64,000 bases of DNA from Tubiluchus corallicola (lineage: Eukaryota; Animalia; Priapulida). The notes below the pieces were generated by a model. It had not been told where the DNA came from. It worked only from the letters and a program-made list of their open reading frames with translations, and searched no databases. The stretch is from positions 1-64,000 of the forward strand of contig JAQGDQ010000477.1 of NCBI GenBank assembly GCA_030141605.1. The letters are read 5' to 3'. This document shows, piece after piece, positions 53,142-64,000 of this stretch; the first letter of the stretch is position 1; each line of letters starts with the position of its first letter. The position numbers and the translations under genes are program-made.

Positions 53142-53726
53142 CTAGTTTAAACATAATTTATTTAGGATTGGATCAGACAGTTTGTACAATATGATTTAGG
53201 ATCCTCACCACAACAGAATTTATACACTATTTACAAGAACATTTACAGTAAGAATAGACTATACTTAGTTTTTAATATACTTTAGTATACTAAAGTTTTA
53301 CTACAGTGATACATTAGACATTAGTAAAAAACGACGGTTAGAAAATATTAATATACGAATATTTAAGTCTTGCATTTCATATCAGATAGAAACTACTGAA
53401 AGCGTTTAGTACATAATATAAAGTCATATATACATTTGAATATTTTACAGTTAGTAACATAGTTAAATTCATCTTTACCGAATAATAACAACTTCAACAG
53501 ATCATTATTTCCTAAGACAGCTATATTAAGGTTTTCAGGCAGAAGTATTGCATTTAATTTATCAAACATAACAACCCTAGTTTGTTGATGCAATGGGCAG
53601 TGCAACAAAAAGTGTTCAACAGACTCAAACCGAAATCCACAATTACAATTCGGCAATATTGGATGACCGTTATTATCTTTACAGCCTTTAGAGAAAAGGT
53701 CATAATTTAGCTGAGAAAATCCGACA
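53142..53726 (-). mobile_element. 5'-truncated CR1/L2-group LINE (ORF2 C-terminal CCHC-type region plus 3' UTR)
   Basis: ORF 53393..53770- contains GFSQLNYDLFSKGC...CNCGFRFESVEHFLLHCPLH...LLLFG...NCKIFKCIYDFILCTKRF. Homologous to 9772-10325. CGACA occurs at both junctions. Confidence 0.85.
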
Positions 53727-53828
53727 TTACAGAAGCCTTTATTTAGAAGTACAATAAATTTGTGTTCCAATGGTCAATGAGCAAGACCATTGGAATAAAA
53801 GCGTTTATTTTAGGCTTAGAATAGTTAA

Positions 53829-54210
53829 AGCACAAGAAAACCCTTTACATACATAAAGCTATAAAACTTCCTCTTGAAATTTTGTATCATCTACGTAACC
53901 TATTGCGCACAGAGCTTGTGTCAGCAGCAACGCTGTATAAAACCTGAAAACTTCTCCAGCGATGAACGCAGCCATTTTGCCAGTATAGGTGATATGGAAA
54001 AGGTTAGTTTGCGTAAAGTTTTAAAAAATAATCAGACCATTTGTACTGCACACTTCACTAACTGAGCAAAAGTATAAGTTACTGTATCTTTTCAATAAGA
54101 CAAAAATACGTTTGTTGGTGAGTCAGTGGTGCACACTGGGAAGATGAGTCAGTGACTTTAACAGTAGGTGCAAACATTTTAAATTACCAAGAGTTTTCTT
54201 TTATAGTGAC
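53829..54210 (+). mobile_element. Kolobok-like family A copy (truncated)
   Basis: ttaa|agcacaagaaaa start, colinear with the copy beginning at 27395. Confidence 0.65.
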
Positions 54211-54326
54211 ATAAATCTTAATATAAATATATTTGTCCTGTGACCTGTGTGTTTGTGACCATAGTAAGTTCAGCCGGTTAATTTAAAGTCATGACAATTT
54301 TGTTACAAAAATGTTTAGCTGAGATT

Positions 54327-54520
54327 TAGATGGATGGATGGATGGATGGATGGATGGATGGATGGATGGATGGATGGATGGATGGATGGAATTATAGACG
54401 GATGGGCTGATGGGCGGGTGGACGGATGGACAGACAGGCAGGTAGGTAGGTAGCTAGGTTGGTAGGTAGGTAGGTAAGTAGGTAGGTAGGTAGGTACACA
54501 GACAGACAGACAGACAGACA
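54327..54520. repeat. Compound tetranucleotide repeat (GATG)n-(GGTA)n-(GACA)n
   Basis: Direct inspection. Confidence 0.96.
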
Positions 54521-57500
54521 TACATGTTGACATAAGAAGTTTACTGCATAAATTCGTTAAATAAATAAATATTAAAAGCATTGTATAAAATTAAACAATC
54601 AAAACTCATGATCTAGGAAGAACATATTCATTATTGGTAGAGTTATCAGAAACATCTGTGACTATTCTAAAATAAGGCTTAAAATAACGTCGTTAAAATA
54701 CACGGTGATAACAAAATATCACGTTAAAAGGTAACAAATATCATATAGGCATACAACACGGCGTCAAGGCTATTTATTCAAGATAACAGCAAAGTGATCA
54801 CCAGTCTGAATCATGCATTCAAATTTAATAAGCTTAAGATAGCTGTCATATTTTACCTCCTATCTTCTTTTTCCCTCTTCAAGATCGTGAAAAAATATTT
54901 TAAGATAATAAGCCTATATAGTCGCTTAAGCCTGAAATAAGAATTGTCTGATGATTTTTTATATATTGTTTCTATTAACTTAGAATGAATTAAACGACCA
55001 GATGGGGCCCTCCAAACTGGATTAGTCAAACCCCTGCACGTAAATGGATTAAGCTTACAGAGAATAGCCGTTGATTCATATCACAACAGCGTCCTATTTC
55101 GCTCATTACAGGCTACGTTTACTGTAACTACTCTTGTTCAAGCTGTGGGTGGGAGCAAAGAACCCCCCGGGGAGGCGTAGGCAATTAACCGTTGATGACA
55201 CTCGCCGTAATTATACCCCCATAAGAAGGAGAAGCCAGGTCCCAATTGAAGCGCAATTATTTGAACGCCTGGCGTGCGTGACCCAGATTTGCAGGCTTGA
55301 TTTTACCAGGGAGTTAGCGACAGAAAAGATTAGTCGGAAATGTCACAAAAACTTGGGCATAACGTGATTATTTTGCTGCATGGCTGACGATTCAGGTAAT
55401 TTATTAGAGCAAGCGGTGCTTTTCAAAGGACTGCATCACTTAGAGTTTATGGGATTAGAGAAACAAGTAATTTCATCCCGTCATTGCATACTAATGCGAA
55501 TTTCATTTTACCTCATCCATGTCTGCTGGATTTTCATTTAAATGATAGATGTGTTACGAAAGTGAACACTTTGGGTTTATTATAGATCACTGCTGTATCT
55601 CCTTAGCAAATTGATTTTTTTATCTTTTTTATATTTGATTTTATATATATTTTTATATTTCACACTCTTTCTTTCTGTTCTGGACCTTGGAAAAATACTA
55701 AGAAAAACAGTTCCTCACTGGAATAGCATTAATTTCTCTAGCTTTCAAACAACACTTCTACAAAATATGTTGAGACTAATAGCTGTGAGTGGTGCTTACG
55801 TCCCATGTATAAGCTTAGCAATCCCTACTCCTTTTTGCGGCATGTTTTATTTACGTTATTTACAAAAGCATGGATAAGCTTCGCAATCCCTGCTCCTTTT
55901 TGCGGCATGTTTTATTTACAAAAACTGTAAAACAGACGTCGCAACTATTCTTTATAGTACTGAGACACCGACAAGTCAACAAAATTTGCAGGTTTGACGT
56001 CAAAAAAGCAAAAAACGTCTTTGAAGGCCAAATATGTACATATACAAGCTTTAGCTTACAGACACTATTTAACGCGTAGGCACCATTCAGAAAATCGACA
56101 ATTTTGGTTAATAAACAGGAAAACCTTGGCCCTTTCTGACAGCGGTAGTTCCAGCACTTAAACTGCCTTTATTAGCAATAAATACCAAACCGTCCAGACG
56201 GACGGACGGTTACAACACCGAACACACTCTCACGTGATAAATTATAGGAAACAGTCAATACTCCTTTACACTCTTTTCCTGTCATCTTAGCCAACTCGAT
56301 ACTATCCCAACAGGGTTCAAAAGCTGTTTCGCGGAATCTCTTAAAATGCTGTCAAGTCGTAAGCGCTAGACTACGACTATACGCGCTTGCAGCTGTAACT
56401 ATAGAAAAACTTACCTAAGTCTTGATAACGACGTGAAGGATTTTATAGACCTGCTTATTTATCGTCTGTAGCACCTGCTCTATTAATCTTAATATCTTCC
56501 TTTCTTCCATTAAGATAGATAGGCGTTATGCTAGTTTTTATTGACAAAAGCGAGAAAAAATATAGCACTACGATAATCAACTCCTTCAGGAACACACCAC
56601 ACAAAATAGGTCTTATAAGACCTGTGACGTTTCTGCTACTGTATGAGCACAGACATAACTAACTGATTACAACTTTGGTACAGTTCTATACTTCTATTCG
56701 GGAGAATATCGGCTATCGGCTGGTACAGTTCTATACTTCTATTCGAGAATATCGAAGCATCGAATGTCGTGCTATTTTTTAAACATTTATAAGTGATTTG
56801 ATTGGATAAAATTTAAAATTAAGAAAAGCACGCCCCTTCGGACATTGCTACTTTGCCTATTGAGTAGCTTAGTCTGGTGTACTTTTGCGTGATCGTACAC
56901 ACTAATTTATTGATCACCTGCTTGCTACAGCCCAAGCTGTGCAGTGTTCTGCAACTATTCTAGGACAAACCAACAGATCAGTCAAGGACAAATTAAGGCA
57001 GTTTCGTCTTGTAACAGGAATCTTTCCTTAAAAATAGAGTAAACTTGAGATCAAAGTGTATCAAAATGTGTGAATTTTTCTGCATTAATCAATTTTACAC
57101 AAGTGATACTGTACATTGCAACAGTGTGAACACTGCAGTTACAGAGTTCTTTTTTCATTTCATTTGTCGGAAATCGATTTTTTTATTTGTCTAAGGTAAG
57201 CAAATGTATTTGTGTATATAATTTTGCATGAAAATCCGTTGTGTAAGGAGTAGAAACCTACAAAAATAATCAAATGTAACATAATCGCTGCTTACTAAGA
57301 GCAATTTTTCATGATCCCATTCGAAATGCAGCAAACGCTTATGGTTCTGAAGGAGTTTTAACTTAAAAGTGGTTTTATTTGTGTGAGCAAATAATGGAAA
57401 TAAGCGAGGCCATTTTCATAAAAAAAAAGATCTCGTTATGTAAAATGATGAAAGATGATAAAGTATGTCTAATGTAACGGGGCAATCAAAGTGGAGAAAT

Positions 57501-58593
57501 GTAATGGGGGCACAAAATTCATAATTAAAATTTGAAATTCGAGGCTGTAATTCAGCTTGACAAAAAGGCTTAACAGTTTCAAAGCCTGCCGTTGATTCGA
57601 GTCAAAAGGAATTTTGATATCCGGCTGGAAATCCTCTTGAAGTGGAAAGCATTGTGTTGAAGTACTTTGTCCTTAAAAAAAACTTACGCTAAAACAGGAA
57701 AAAACGTCATTTTTAGGCCTATATTTAGCATACTACGTACTGATAACAATGTATTCATATTTGTATGCATTGATGTTCGTATTGTAATATTATTTGCATT
57801 GTTTGTTTGATGGGGTTTGCAATAGGTGTATTGGTTCTGCATTGAACTATATATATATATATATATATATATGCTTTTGTTATCACTTGTATGATGTGAC
57901 AAATTTTTAACTTATCACTTGCAAACATTAATTAATTTTAACTACTTATTTATCATCATTTTACTAGTATATTAGTATGTTTGTATATGTATAACAATTG
58001 CAATAAGGAATTACCTACACACGTATATATATATATATTATGTTGATCACAACTGTTTCAGGATTTCTCACAGATGTCAAGATCAAATGTAAATAGTGTC
58101 CAGTTTACGTTGACCCTCCGCGGCGTGTAGAATGATTCTGATTCATGTGAGAAACCACTGCCCTGCTTGAAGCACCCTGCCGTGTCCAAGCAGTGGTTTC
58201 CTGAAATGTAGCTTCTGTGCTGAAAGCAAGCAGCCGCCTCTCCCCATCAATCCATGAGAAACGAGCGTCTAGAAGCTTCCATTGAGGAATTTGTCGTCAG
58301 CAGCGTGGGTGATTGGACAACCAGATCGCATTACAGTACCAGCTGATTAAGCAACGTTAAAATTGCAGAGTCAAAGGTTTGTTCACATCAAACCACTCGG
58401 TGTTTTGTCGTTTTAGGTAACATGAGCAGAATAATTATGAAAAAGAACTAGACGTTGGCTTGAAAGTAATGAACTGCACGCATCAACAGTGTACGACTAA
58501 TATGCGTGTTTACAGTTTCAACTTTCTGTGACCGTCTACATAGTAACCCCAGTAGAAAGAAACCATTCATTCAGTTGCGATTAACGACCTAGT

Positions 58594-59077
58594 GGCGCGT
58601 TCACACTAGCGAGCGTTTCGCCAAGTAACTTGCGAGCATGTTCGCACTAGAGAGCAAAACTTACTATGAGTTACTCTCCTACGGTGAGCGCGAGCTAATA
58701 CTTATTTTTCTATTCACTGCGAGAAGTGTCGAGAGTAACTCCCCGAGGCGTTCACGCTAGACAGTAACTCGCCAAGGCGTTCACACTAGGGAGTAACTCG
58801 CCGAGGCGTTCACACTAGACAGTAACTCACCAAGGCGTTCACACTAGGGAGGAACTCGCCGAGGCGTTCACACTAGGGAGTAACTCGCAGAGGCGTTCAC
58901 ACTAGACAGTAACTCACCGAGGCATTCACACTAGAGAGTAACTCGCAGAGGCGTTCACACTAGACAGTAACTCAACTTGCAACACCCATCGGAGAGTTTG
59001 GAATTTCTTCTCGATAATAACTCGTTAAGCAGTTCACACTAGCGAGTTTGCTGTAGGAGAAAAAGTGTGAACTCAAC
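58594..59077 (+). mobile_element. PIF/Harbinger-like MITE family B, copy with a 29-bp internal array (~8 units)
   Basis: Ends ggcgcgttcacact / agtgtgaactcaac|tta. One copy of the module seen at 45.1-45.5 kb, then units gcgttcacactag(aca/gga)gtaactc(g/a)cc(a/g)ag at ~58736-58973. Confidence 0.72.
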
Positions 59078-59647
59078 TTAAAAGATTTAAATTGTCCAAT
59101 TTTATCCAAGTATTTATCCAATTTTACTATTGTGGCTTGGAGCTGTAAACGCATAAGATCTGACTGTGCACTCGATGCGTGATCTCTAATTTTAAGAGCA
59201 ATAACAACACTCTAATTAAGTGCATAATATGCATAATTTTTGCGCATTAATATGCATTTTATTTATACGTTATAAATTTATACGTTATTTATGTGTTATA
59301 AATTAATATGCATTAACTTATACGACATTAATATGCATAAATTATATATTGAAATAGTGAAAGAATTAATCACAATGGAATTGATAGCGTAAAAAAGTGA
59401 AAACTCCTTTAAATAGTAACAGTTTATATAAATGCCTATTCTCAAAGACACCTTTATCTAAAAATGACGTAATCTTATGTGACGTAGTCTTAATCGTTTT
59501 GAGACATGAATTGAAACATTACTAAAAATCTTGTAATTTCAAATACGTTATAACATAATGTCATAATAGCAATCAGGTAATGTGTAAAACCACCTCCCTA
59601 CAAATAGGGGGAATTGTATATATGTATATTTATATAATAAAAATAGC

Positions 59648-59720
59648 TATAATAGTAATAATAATAATAATGATGATGATGATGATAATAATAATGGTAG
59701 TAATAATAATGATGATGATA

Positions 59721-59775
<55 letters not shown>

Positions 59776-59813
59776 CATAACAACAACAACAACAATAATA
59801 ATAATGATGATGG

Positions 59814-59850
<37 letters not shown>

Positions 59851-59875
59851 AATAATAATAATAATAATAATAATT
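59648..59875. repeat. (AAT)n/(GAT)n/(AAC)n compound microsatellite
   Basis: Direct inspection. Confidence 0.96.
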
Positions 59876-60473
59876 AATATCTCTAATTAACGGAGTATGA
59901 ATTCACTTTTGGTTATAAGTAGACGTATTAAAACTACACGTATCTATTTACAAAGATTCATTAAAAATTGGGGAATTTTCCAGTCACCCGAACCGTATGG
60001 TTACTAAACAGAAGCGCACATGTTAGCATACATTACAACTAATGATACACGACTGTTTACCTTTTCCCGAATCTTTCCAGTAAATTTAGTCATAAATTAA
60101 TTGAGTGCAGTCCAGACTTGAATTTGATATTCGACTATAAATTTTGCTCTTGCACGATTTGCTGGCAATTGCTTGTTCGGATGAGCACATGCCATGTGTT
60201 TCCTGTAAGCAATAAGTTTTTTCTACCCGCCATCTGAGACAGGAAAGCTCCCAAACAGGAAAGGTGCAGCCCGGAAAGCATAATGCACAGAAGCCCATCC
60301 CGTCTGCTGTCCAATGTAAACCGTTGGCCCTGAAAAAAGACAGTATCTGTTACTATTTTTTGTGGTGCAGTTCCTCTGGGGACTTCGGTGGAGTGCTGCT
60401 GACCTGATGGCCATGTAACAAGAGCTGCAACGTCAACAACCTGATGTTGCCTGATGGAGGCAAGCTGTGAAGC

Positions 60474-61562
60474 GGCTTATAGAGGGAAACAGCGCCCAGT
60501 TCTCGACTCCGGCTTATAGAGGGAAACAGCGCCCAGTTCTCGACTCCGGTTTGCTGAGGGAAACAGCGCCCAGTTTTCGACTCCAGCTTATAGAGGGAAA
60601 CAGCGCCCAGTTCTCGACTCCGGTTTGCCGAGGGAAACAGCGCCCAGTTCTCGACTCCAGTTTGCCGAGGGAAACAGCGCCCAGTTCTCGACTCCAGCTT
60701 ATAGAGGGAAACAGCGCCCAGTTCTCGACTCCGGTTTGCTGAGGGAAACAGCGCCCAGTTCTCGACTCCGGTTTGCTGAGGGAAACAGCGCCCAGTTCTC
60801 GACTCCAGTTTGCCGAGGGAAACAGCGCCCAGTTCTCGACTCCAGTTTGCCGAGGGAAACAGCGCCCAGTTCTCGACTCCAGTTTGCCGAGGGAAACAGC
60901 GCCCAGTTCTCGACTCCGGTTTGCTGAGTGAAACAGCGCCCAGTTCTCGACTCCGGTTTGCTGAGGGAAACAGCGCCCAGTTCTCGACTCCAGCTTATAG
61001 AGTGAAACAGCGCCCAGTTCTCGACTCCGGCTTATAGAGGGAAACAGCGCCCAGTTCTCGACTCCAGCTTATAGAGGGAAACAGCGCCCAGTTCTCGACT
61101 CCGGCTTATAGAGTGAAACAGCGCCCAGTTCTCGACTCCAGCTTATAGAGGGAAACAGCGTCCAGTTCTCGACTCCGGTTTGCTGAGTGAAACAGCGCCC
61201 AGTTCTCGACTCCAGTTTGCCGAGGGAAACAGCGCCCAGTTCTCGACTCCAGTTTGCCGAGGGAAACAGCACCCAGTTCTCGACTCCGGTTTGCTGAGTG
61301 AAACAGCGCCCAGTTCTCGACTCCGGTTTGCTGAGGGAAACAGCGCCCAGTTCTCGACTCCAGCTTATAGAGGGAAACAGCGCCCAGTTCTCGACTCCAG
61401 CTTATAGAGGGAAACAGCGCCCAGTTCTCGACTCCAGTTTGCTGAGGGAAACAGCGCCCAGTTCTCGACTCCGGTTTGCTGAGTGAAACAGCGCCCAGTT
61501 CTCGACTCCAGCTTATAGAGGGAAACAGCGCCCAGTTCTCGACTCCGGTTTGCTGAGGGAAA
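60474..61562. repeat. 37-bp minisatellite, ~29 copies, two interspersed variant classes
   Basis: Unit g(cttataga/tttgctga/tttgccga)gggaaacagcgcccagttctcgactcc(a/g). Confidence 0.98.
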
Positions 61563-61610
61563 ACTGATTTCAGCTTTGATAACCAACATCAAATTTCACA
61601 TCAAATCGAT

Positions 61611-63440
61611 AATGTAAAGAGCAGGTCATTTGTACCGGACAGTGGTCAAGTGGATCACGTGACCTCTCTTTTCTTTTCCGTCACTTTTTACGATCTTGCC
61701 ATATTACTAATCTATATTTTAAAAGGAACTGTTCCAAAGAATATTGACTTTTTTTGAAAAGTACTGTGCTTAAGTACACAAAATGAGTTAGTACTGTGCT
61801 TAAGTACACATAATGAGTTAGTACCGTGCCTAAGTACACAAAATGAGTTATTACCGTGCTTAAGTACACAAAATGAGTTATTATCGTGCCTAAGTACACA
61901 AAATGAGTTATTACCGTGCATAAGTACACATAATGAGTTATTACCGTGCATAAGTACACAAAATGAGTTATTACCGTGCTTAAGTACACAAAATGAGTTA
62001 TTATCGTGCCTAAGTACACAAAATGAGTTATTACCGTGCATAAGTACACATAATGAGTTATTACCGTGCATAAGTACACAAAATGAGTTATTACCGTGCT
62101 TAAGTACACAAAATGAGTTATTATCGTGCCTAAGTACACAAAATGAGTTATTACCGTGCATAAGTACACATAATGAGTTATTACCGTGCATAAGTACACA
62201 AAATGAGTTAGTACCGTTCTTAAGTACACAAAATGTGTTAGTACTGTGCTTAAGTACACAAAATGAGTTAGTACCGTTCTTAAGTACACAAAATGAGTTA
62301 GTACCGTTCTTAAGTACATAAAATGAGTTAGTACCGTTCTTAAGTACACAAAATGAGTTAGTACTGTGCTTAAGTACACAAAATGAGTTAGTACTGTGCT
62401 TAAGTACACAAAATGAGTTAAAACTGAAATATGCTAGAGATGCTGCAATACATAAATAAGACTTCGGTGACTGTGTACATCTACCTAAAGATTAATTTCC
62501 AATCTTTACAGGTGCATTACATTCCAAAAAACTTAAAACCTATTAAACGAAATTATGAATGCATTATGGAATAAACATGATAAATAGCTCAATCGATGGC
62601 CCAGTTACAAACATGCAAGAAACCTTTGAAACTTGATTGTTCTCAGGAAATTGAATTATATAAAATTTGATTTCGAGTACCTAGTTACAAAAATGATTAA
62701 ATGTACTCAGGAAGATCCAAGTTGATAGACGCTTATCAAAGGCTTTACTTCGGTAGAATTTGTGGGTGGTCACAAAATGTGCTGCCTTTTTTTGCAAGGA
62801 CGATGGAAATTCCTGCCACCCTTCAAATTTTCTGCGTTCTACAAATGATAACTGTTTTACTTACTGTACATATTATCTAGCATTCTGTAAAAAGTTCCCA
62901 TGACGACCTTTCTTATAACAAGAACAGAAGTGTCCTCGTTTTCTTTCAACCAATTTTCTACAATCACTTTTTATGACTAGTTTTCTAGCCACTTTGTAAC
63001 TGGGCACTCATAACCAAATTTTATATAATTGAATTTTCTAAGAATATTCAAGTTTCTAGGTTTTCTTGTATTCTTGTAACTGGGTCACCGATTGCGCTAT
63101 TCCTCATCCTTATTCCATAATCCTTTCATAATTTCGTTTGATGGTTTTAAGTTTTTGGGATTTAATGCACTTTTTAGGACTGTATTTAAATCTTTAGGAC
63201 GACAAAATATAGACAGTAAGTTTGCTTATGTATCGTAGCAACTCTAACATACTTCAATTTTAACATATTTCGCATACTTAAGTACAATACTTTTCATAAA
63301 AAGCGAATATTCTTTGTCAAAAGTTTCTTTCAAAGTATGGGTAATATTTCAAGCAAATTGGAAAGAGGTGAAGTGATGAAAGGGAAGGTCACGTGATCCA
63401 CTTGGCCACTCTTCGCTACAAATTACCTGCTCTTTACATT
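61611..63440. mobile_element. Old long-IR (foldback/MITE-like) element, arms 61611-~62692 and ~62992-63440
   Basis: aatgtaaagagcaggtcatttgta...caagtggatcacgtgacct at 61611 is the reverse complement of 63386-63440. 62512-62692 is a diverged reverse complement of 62992-63170. Confidence 0.85.
61761..62420. repeat. 30-bp minisatellite, 22 copies, with a 3x120-bp higher-order repeat at 61851-62210
   Basis: Unit gtactgtgcttaagtacacaaaatgagtta. The variant order ttaccgtgct / ttatcgtgcc / ttaccgtgca(taat) / ttaccgtgca occurs three times. Confidence 0.98.
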
Positions 63441-64000
63441 CACATCGCAAACACAGCGGAATTTGAATAAAATACCCGGCTTTACCTGAGTAAGAAAGCT
63501 CACCACCATTAACCCATTCATCCCGAGTCAAGTGAAATCGATCAGCAAATCATGAATACTTTAACAAGCCATGATTGCTGACGGTAAACCGAGTTAGCAA
63601 GTGTTGCTCATGGCTAGAGGCACAAGCGAAAACTCTCAGACAACTTATGACAAGCATTTCCGGTAGTTTTCGCTTTCTGAAGATCTAGATAAGGATTTTA
63701 AAAGGAAACAAGGTACCTAGTTAAAGAAAATTCAACGTGTCCTTAGGGAAAATTATACTCGGCGCACAGCTGTGAGCAGGTGTGCTAAGGACTTTTGCTC
63801 ACGCCCCATTGTAAACTGTTCGAACCAGTTTCAAAAAATAGCCGGATTTCACAAATTCGGCAAACTATTCCGTATCGCACACGTAGATAATCTGTCCGAA
63901 AAACTGCTGATTGTCAACAAACGAGCACAATATTAGCTTGATATGAGGAGGCATATAATTTGGCTTAGTTTTGGACGACAATGCCACATTTCATTGCTGA

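Noticed and set aside
61681-62409. 242-aa decapeptide-repeat ORF
   Set aside because: Translation of the 30-bp satellite, whose monomer is traceable to the non-coding opposite arm.

Overview
This is a repeat-rich, AT-rich eukaryotic window, most likely intergenic or large-intron DNA from an invertebrate animal. The organism is inferred from the transposon types and TTAGGG-type motifs and cannot be proven here. I found no intact protein-coding gene, rRNA, functional tRNA or CRISPR array. Almost every long ORF in the track is a translation of a micro- or minisatellite. The window contains: (i) a ~555-bp-armed inverted duplication at its start; (ii) non-autonomous DNA transposons, including three near-identical 460-bp piggyBac-type MITEs with TTAA TSDs, a deleted Tc1/mariner with transposase remnants, two hAT-type MITEs with TSDs, Kolobok-like and PIF/Harbinger-like elements, and several foldback elements; (iii) a solo LTR and CR1/L2-group LINE 3' fragments; (iv) two degenerate tRNA-like cores; (v) about a dozen minisatellites with units of 11-93 bp, plus many microsatellites. 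The most coherent signal is that several minisatellites arose inside inverted-repeat elements, with the unamplified monomer still visible in the opposite arm or a sister copy. All alignments were done by eye, so identities are qualitative and ends without TSDs are approximate.
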